In this document: positions 59,042-64,000 of the stretch, piece by piece
How the letters are laid out: each line of letters begins with the position of its first letter
Numbering within the stretch: the first letter of the stretch is position 1
NCBI GenBank assembly: GCA_000965745.1
Contig: CP009479.1
Location: 1,184,001-1,248,000, forward strand
DNA: 64,000 nucleotides
Source of the DNA: an uncultured archaeon
GTDB lineage: Archaea; Thermoplasmatota; Thermoplasmata; Thermoplasmatales; Thermoplasmataceae
Direction of reading: 5' to 3'
Position numbers and translations under genes: made by a program
Notes under the pieces: generated by a model
What the model was told of the DNA's origin: nothing
Databases searched by the model: none
Seen by the model: only the letters and a program-made list of their open reading frames with translations

Positions 59042-59275
59042 ATGGCATTATGGTCACCCGAATTTGAACAGAACCTGATCAAGGCAATAATAGGGCTGGT
59101 ATTCCTTATCGTTGGAGCCCAGCTGATTGCGGTCGGAGGTACAATCGCCGTTGGGCAGATCGTTTTCTTCCCTGTGAGTATAGTGCTGTTTGTAGTAGGG
59201 GCCATTCTCATCTACTTCTCAATTAAAGTGCTCATCTCACTTCTCCGGTCAATGGGCGTAAAGCTCTGGGACTGA
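59042..59275 (+). CDS. Small two-TM membrane protein
   Basis: Two hydrophobic helices; AT-rich TATA-like sequence upstream. Confidence 0.65.
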   Translation: MALWSPEFEQNLIKAIIGLVFLIVGAQLIAVGGTIAVGQIVFFPVSIVLFVVGAILIYFSIKVLISLLRSMGVKLWD

Positions 59276-59425
59276 CAGCCTCCGGTAAGCCGGTACATTC
59301 AAGTGTCAGCCAGCCCCTGTCTTGATGGGAAGTGCGGATGATGTCTCGGGGAATTCCGTCATTTCCTTCTTATTATTAATGAGCTTTCTATATAAGCTGC
59401 ATAGTCTTGGTAATTAACGATTATC

Positions 59426-60658
59426 ATGGACAAGCACAGGGATGAATACCCGATGCTGAACCACTGGGTCTTCTTCAATGCAGCAGACCAGATGGTTGCA
59501 GGAAGATACTGGCTCAACGCGATGAGGGAGAGTCTGAATTTGTACGAGGCAGGAAGGGCTGAGGATGATCCACCTTTTGGTCCAGTTACACACCCGTTCC
59601 TCACCACTGTCTTCAACGAGGTTAACTCCAGGGCAGCGAAGCTGATTCACGCGAAAGAGAACGAAGTTACCAACATGTACAGGGTAATGACGGCATCGAA
59701 CCTGATACTTAACGACCTTATGGACCTGAAAAAAGGGGACAATGTTGTTTTCTCCGACCTGGACTACCCATCCATCCCCTTTATCCTTCTGAACCTCCAG
59801 AAGAAGGGTGTTGAACTCAGAAGGATTGGCAACGTGAAGGGCGAGATCCTGATGGGCGACATGGAAAAGGCCATAGACGAGCATACAAAGGTGGTGATAC
59901 TCAACAGGACGACACCATGGGCAGGCTTTACCTATGATGTCAGGGCAGTATCACAGATTGCACATGAACACGGGGCACTTGTTTTGGATGATGCAATACA
60001 GGCGGTAGGAGCCATAGATGTGGATGTGCACAAGGACGATGTCGATTTCCTCATCACAGGCAGCTACAAGTGGCAGGGCGGTCCCGAGGGATCAGGGATC
60101 TTCTACATCAGGGAAGACCTCATAGACCAGTTTGAGCCGTCATTCAGGAATTACATATGGGCCGACCTCCCAGATGGAATACCATTCGGGTTTCCCGATC
60201 ACGACAACCTGAAACATTGGGACAGCCCATTGGTCAGGAACGCAAATAAATTCAACCTCGGCGAATCCGTCTCTCCCGTCCTGTTCGGATGGAACGCTAC
60301 CCTCAAGTTCTACGAGAAAGTGGGGATAAAGAATATTGAGAGTGAAGTCAGGTCATTGGGAGATTACGCCATTGATAGGCTGAAGGAAATCGGATGCAGG
60401 GTCTATACTCCTGAAGACAGGGAAAAGAGGCATGGGCTCGTGAAATACACAACTGGCGACCCGTCACTTGACCTCAAGACATTCAACAGGTTCAACAACC
60501 CGCCCGCAGGCGAGAAACCGGTCAAGGTCTCGCTGAGGGCGCTGGGTGGAATTGACGGTATACGGGTGAGCTGCCATTTCTTCAACACGAAGGACGAAAT
60601 AGACACGCTGGTTGAAACTCAGGAGCGCCTGATGCACCAGGAACACGTTCTCGCATAG
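59426..60658 (+). CDS. PLP-dependent aminotransferase class V protein
   Basis: FFN.A, DDAIQAVG, GSYKW.GGP.G.G, IRVS.HFFN. Confidence 0.9.
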   Translation: MDKHRDEYPMLNHWVFFNAADQMVAGRYWLNAMRESLNLYEAGRAEDDPPFGPVTHPFLTTVFNEVNSRAAKLIHAKENEVTNMYRVMTASNLILNDLMDLKKGDNVVFSDLDYPSIPFILLNLQKKGVELRRIGNVKGEILMGDMEKAIDEHTKVVILNRTTPWAGFTYDVRAVSQIAHEHGALVLDDAIQAVGAIDVDVHKDDVDFLITGSYKWQGGPEGSGIFYIREDLIDQFEPSFRNYIWADLPDGIPFGFPDHDNLKHWDSPLVRNANKFNLGESVSPVLFGWNATLKFYEKVGIKNIESEVRSLGDYAIDRLKEIGCRVYTPEDREKRHGLVKYTTGDPSLDLKTFNRFNNPPAGEKPVKVSLRALGGIDGIRVSCHFFNTKDEIDTLVETQERLMHQEHVLA

Positions 60659-60753
60659 GCTTTTGGGCCTGTGTGAAAACACCCATTTTTTATTCAAACA
60701 CACTGAAGCGATTTCCGGAAAGAGTTTTATAATTGCCCCCTATCGAAATCGCC

Positions 60754-61239
60754 ATGGATAACTCTGCCAATAACCTGGAGTTCAGGATTGTCGAGGAAAG
60801 CGAAGCAGATCTTGTATGGAGGATAGTCAACACATCATTCGAGGAATACAGAAACTCGGAGGCTCCTTCAAGTGCTCTTCTTGAAACGGTGGAACATGTA
60901 AAGCAGGCTTTAAACAATGGCAGGGAAAAAGCAGTTGTATGTTATTGTGACGGCAGGCCTGCAGGAACAGCACGTTTCTATAGCGAGAACGGCCTATATT
61001 TCAGGAGGCTGGGGGTGCTTCCTGAGTTCAGGCGAAGGGGGATCTCAAAGGCAATTATCGGCTGGCTCGAGAATTATGCCAGATCGAAGGGAGAAAGGAG
61101 GATATGGTGCAATACCAGATCTTCAGTTGACCGGAACATGTACCTTTACAGAAGTATGGGCTATGAGCTGGAAGGTGAAAGGACAATCCAGAGAAATGAT
61201 TCAACAGTGGGAGTTGCCACTTTCTCCAAGAACCTGTGA
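60754..61239 (+). CDS. GNAT family N-acetyltransferase
   Basis: RLGVLPEFRRRGISK motif A, N..LY.SMGY. Confidence 0.9.
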   Translation: MDNSANNLEFRIVEESEADLVWRIVNTSFEEYRNSEAPSSALLETVEHVKQALNNGREKAVVCYCDGRPAGTARFYSENGLYFRRLGVLPEFRRRGISKAIIGWLENYARSKGERRIWCNTRSSVDRNMYLYRSMGYELEGERTIQRNDSTVGVATFSKNL

Positions 61240-61580
61240 GTTTTGGCGGAAGCATGGCTGTTCCTCAATGACGGGCCTCTTTTTACAGCGGCAGAACAAA
61301 CTGCAGAATGGATTGCAGAGAAGGATGATAGCTATAACCTTGCAGATTTCAGAACTGTGGGCATTGGTGAGTAAACAAACGGGGAAAATCACAGTCTTCC
61401 CGGATGAGGAAGTTTCATCCACTACTTCACCTCAAAAGGATTTTCAGGAATAACAACATAAGAATACTGGCTGATTATGCAGACGGAAATGGTGATTGGA
61501 TTCATCATCATGTATCCTGTCAACTGTGAAGTTGTCAAATACGGCGTGAAATATAGGATGTAAACGGTCATTCTGTAAAA

Positions 61581-62336
61581 TCATATGAGGGAGTGGATGA
61601 GGATCCCTATGAGTATTAGTATTACGGCCGATGTAAATATACTGATTTTCCTTGAGCCAAGTATATGGAGGAAATATGATGCGGATACACCCCCAAGTGC
61701 GCTGCCTGAGATAACAATGGTCCACAGGAAGATGGGAATGTCTGGAACATAACCTATATGGAAGATAAAACTACTTATGGAAATGAAAAGTGCTACGTAT
61801 CCTGTTGTGCCTGCTATTTTCCTGTAATCATCCTCCATGAATGTGAGTGCAGGGAGTATGATGAGTCCTCCTCCAATTCCGGAAAGTCCGCTGAGGAATC
61901 CAGCTATAAGACCTATTGGGACCGCGAGGATTATCGTTATCTTTCCAACAATTTTCTCCCTGTGTTTTTCACTGCGCTTTAGAATAACGTGATAGAATGC
62001 ATAAACAAGCAGGGCAATGAAGATTACAAGCACATAGGACCTTGGAATAATAGATGTTGCCATCTCACCCAGGGGTGTCATTGCTATGGCAGGAACCAGG
62101 AATACTGTGCCGAGATTCCACCTAACTATCCTGTGCCTATAGTTGTGTCCTGTGACCAGGGAAAGTGATATTATATTCATGACCAGTCCTGACGTTACAG
62201 CGATGGGGAGTGCGATTCCCAGTGAAACATAGGTTGGCACCAATATGATGCCACCCCCAAGTCCGCTTGTTGCAAAAAGTGTGTGAAGAAGCCAGGTTAT
62301 TAAGAACATCATTGCATCGAACAGGAAGTATGGCAA
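61581..62336 (-). CDS. TauE/SafE family sulfite exporter (second paralog)
   Basis: SGLGGG.ILVP and GFLSGLSGIGGG..ILP repeats. Confidence 0.85.
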   Translation of the reverse strand: MPYFLFDAMMFLITWLLHTLFATSGLGGGIILVPTYVSLGIALPIAVTSGLVMNIISLSLVTGHNYRHRIVRWNLGTVFLVPAIAMTPLGEMATSIIPRSYVLVIFIALLVYAFYHVILKRSEKHREKIVGKITIILAVPIGLIAGFLSGLSGIGGGLIILPALTFMEDDYRKIAGTTGYVALFISISSFIFHIGYVPDIPIFLWTIVISGSALGGVSASYFLHILGSRKISIFTSAVILILIGILIHSLI

Positions 62337-62564
62337 CTGTCAGGACCTCCATATGGTCATCATGAGACCACGATCACAGTACTCAGAATAACCGGTAAAT
62401 TCACCTCTTGTTCGAACATTTGACTTGGCATAATCCTGCTTTAAAATTTAAACTTTGGTTGACATTGATGGGATGTTTAAGAGCCCTGGATAAGGGAAGG
62501 TCAACCTGCGTCCAATGTTATTGTGGCATCACCGTTTAAGGGGCGATGATTCACGTATACTGGA

Positions 62565-63022
62565 ATGGACATTTCAACAAAAAGCGTTATTGAGTCAATT
62601 TTGAGAGGCATAATATCAAACTCGATAGATGCTGATATAGACTATTTACAAAGGGATTCTTCGAACCTGGGACTCAATTTTTCTGCAGATATAGAGAAGA
62701 ATAGCCGTCTGACCATCAATCTTCGTCCAGCAATCGTAAGTAAGAAATCTGGGTTGCCCCTATCTACTCTGAGGTTATCTATGTAAGGACTATGTAAGGA
62801 GTTCTAGCCGCCTACAATTTAGTTGTTGCTCGAGAACATATGTCTGAGCGAGTCTATTGGTATAAGACAGTAAGAGCTTTCAAAGCTATGCTTTCCACGT
62901 CCCTAATGCTTAACCTAACAAATGATACAAGAAATGGATCAAAAGCAAAGGACGGCTACCTCGAAAAATTACGTGATGTGGTGAAAGAATTTGTACTCAA
63001 TCCCCAAACTGTCTTTTCCTAG
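62565..63022 (+). pseudogene. Possible degraded ORF split by a stop and an 11-bp duplication
   Basis: ORFs 62565-62786 and 62840-63022 become co-frame if one copy of CTATGTAAGGA (62779-62800) is removed; no recognisable family. Confidence 0.25.
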
Positions 63023-63092
63023 GGCCTAACATATAGCGGCCCAACCTCGGTGTATTTAACTGTCACTGACCTTAAGGTGCTAATGGACTTGA

Positions 63093-64000
63093 GGATGCGA
63101 CTATATTCTCAGTCGGGCTTTGATATTACGGTTAAGTTTCAATCCACGCATCCCTGCGGGATGCGACTACTCATCACTTTCTTTGGATTGACATAGGTAA
63201 AGTTTCAATCCACGCATCCCTGCGGGATGCGACTCAAGATATTCTCCCTTTATGGTGCCGTCAATGTAGTTTCAATCCACGCATCCCTGCGGGATGCGAC
63301 GATTTCTTGCCCTTGTTTTTCTTGACTTTCCATTTGTTTCAATCCACGCATCCCTGCGGGATGCGACAATTTCCCTCTGGTTCCTCACAGGGGTCATAAA
63401 TTGTTTCAATCCACGCATCCCTGCGGGATGCGACGAAATGTGTGGTAAATACCCAATAACGGGTGTTGTGTTTCAATCCACGCATCCCTGCGGGATGCGA
63501 CTGCCATACCTGTATTATTTGTATTGTGGTTCCAGTGTTTCAATCCACGCATCCCTGCGGGATGCGACGTCTGTCTGCTCATTTGGATTTGCATCCCAGA
63601 GTGTTTCAATCCACGCATCCCTGCGGGATGCGACGATTTAATGTTATTCCCCATTTAAAGTGCCATCCAGTTTCAATCCACGCATCCCTGCGGGATGCGA
63701 CGTGTTTGTCATTGTAAGTGAATCAGATGAATTGAGTTTCAATCCACGCATCCCTGCGGGATGCGACGCCCGGGGCCTGACGGGGGATCAATCGTCGGCT
63801 TGTTTCAATCCACGCATCCCTGCGGGATGCGACTATCTATAAAACGCTTGAAAATACGTAAATTATTAGTTTCAATCCACGCATCCCTGCGGGATGCGAC
63901 TTTCTTCCCCTTCAGTATTCCTGGCAACTTCAAAGTTTCAATCCACGCATCCCTGCGGGATGCGACCATAACATTACGCTCCTATTGCCACTAATGCGAG
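63093..64000 (-). CRISPR. CRISPR array, 32-bp repeat GTTTCAATCCACGCATCCCTGCGGGATGCGAC (+ strand); 13 full repeats plus a degenerate terminal repeat; continues beyond the window
   Basis: Identical repeats starting at 63136, 63202, 63269, 63336, 63403, 63470, 63537, 63603, 63670, 63736, 63802, 63869, 63935; spacers 34-35 nt; remnant GGATGCGAC at 63093-63101; reverse complement ends ATTGAAAC with a GCATCCC/GGGATGC hairpin. Confidence 0.98.

Noticed and set aside
60917-61453. 178-aa alternative-frame ORF overlapping the GNAT gene
   Set aside because: Overlaps a well-supported gene and lacks motifs
63768-63801. Spacer resemblance to SRP RNA helix 8 (CCCGTCAGGCCC)
   Set aside because: Similarity stops before the GGAAG tetraloop motif; too short to claim self-targeting
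63294-63994. Several repetitive ORFs
   Set aside because: Translations of CRISPR repeats

Overview
Chromosomal window from an acidophilic Thermoplasmatales-type archaeon (inferred from Alba, PCNA, PriS, GatDE, an 11-subunit Nuo complex with split NuoJ, thermopsin-like surface modules, leaderless first genes and GGTGA/GGAGG internal SD motifs). Left end (1-~8 kb): an accessory-looking region with an ArsR/ACR3-like/TDT operon next to a tRNA-Lys 3'-half remnant (putative att site). Centre: mostly housekeeping genes (prenyl synthase-ArsA/Get3 operon, ALDH, metF-split metE, S53 protease, priS, rubrerythrin-DUF3501, gatDE, nuoA-D/H-N, tatAC, prx, hemB, KaiC/GvpD-like ATPase + DUF835, mdh, queCD, pcn, aromatic pathway genes, ilvE, CLC), plus tRNA-Arg(CCT) and tRNA-Gly(CCC). 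Right end: the trailer end of a CRISPR array with a type I-C-like repeat that runs off the window. Most notable: (i) queC and tyrA have essential N-terminal motifs that can only be translated from non-canonical ACG and ATT starts (or readthrough); (ii) a long-chain prenyl synthase + alpha-crystallin-domain Get3/ArsA + small IxI-tail protein operon; (iii) a Cys-less ACR3-like transporter coupled to a TDT channel under a CxC ArsR; (iv) altered proton-pathway residues in NuoM and CLC; (v) a perfect 7-1-7 Fur/PerR-like box before rubrerythrin. All calls come from reading motifs by eye; no database searches were run.
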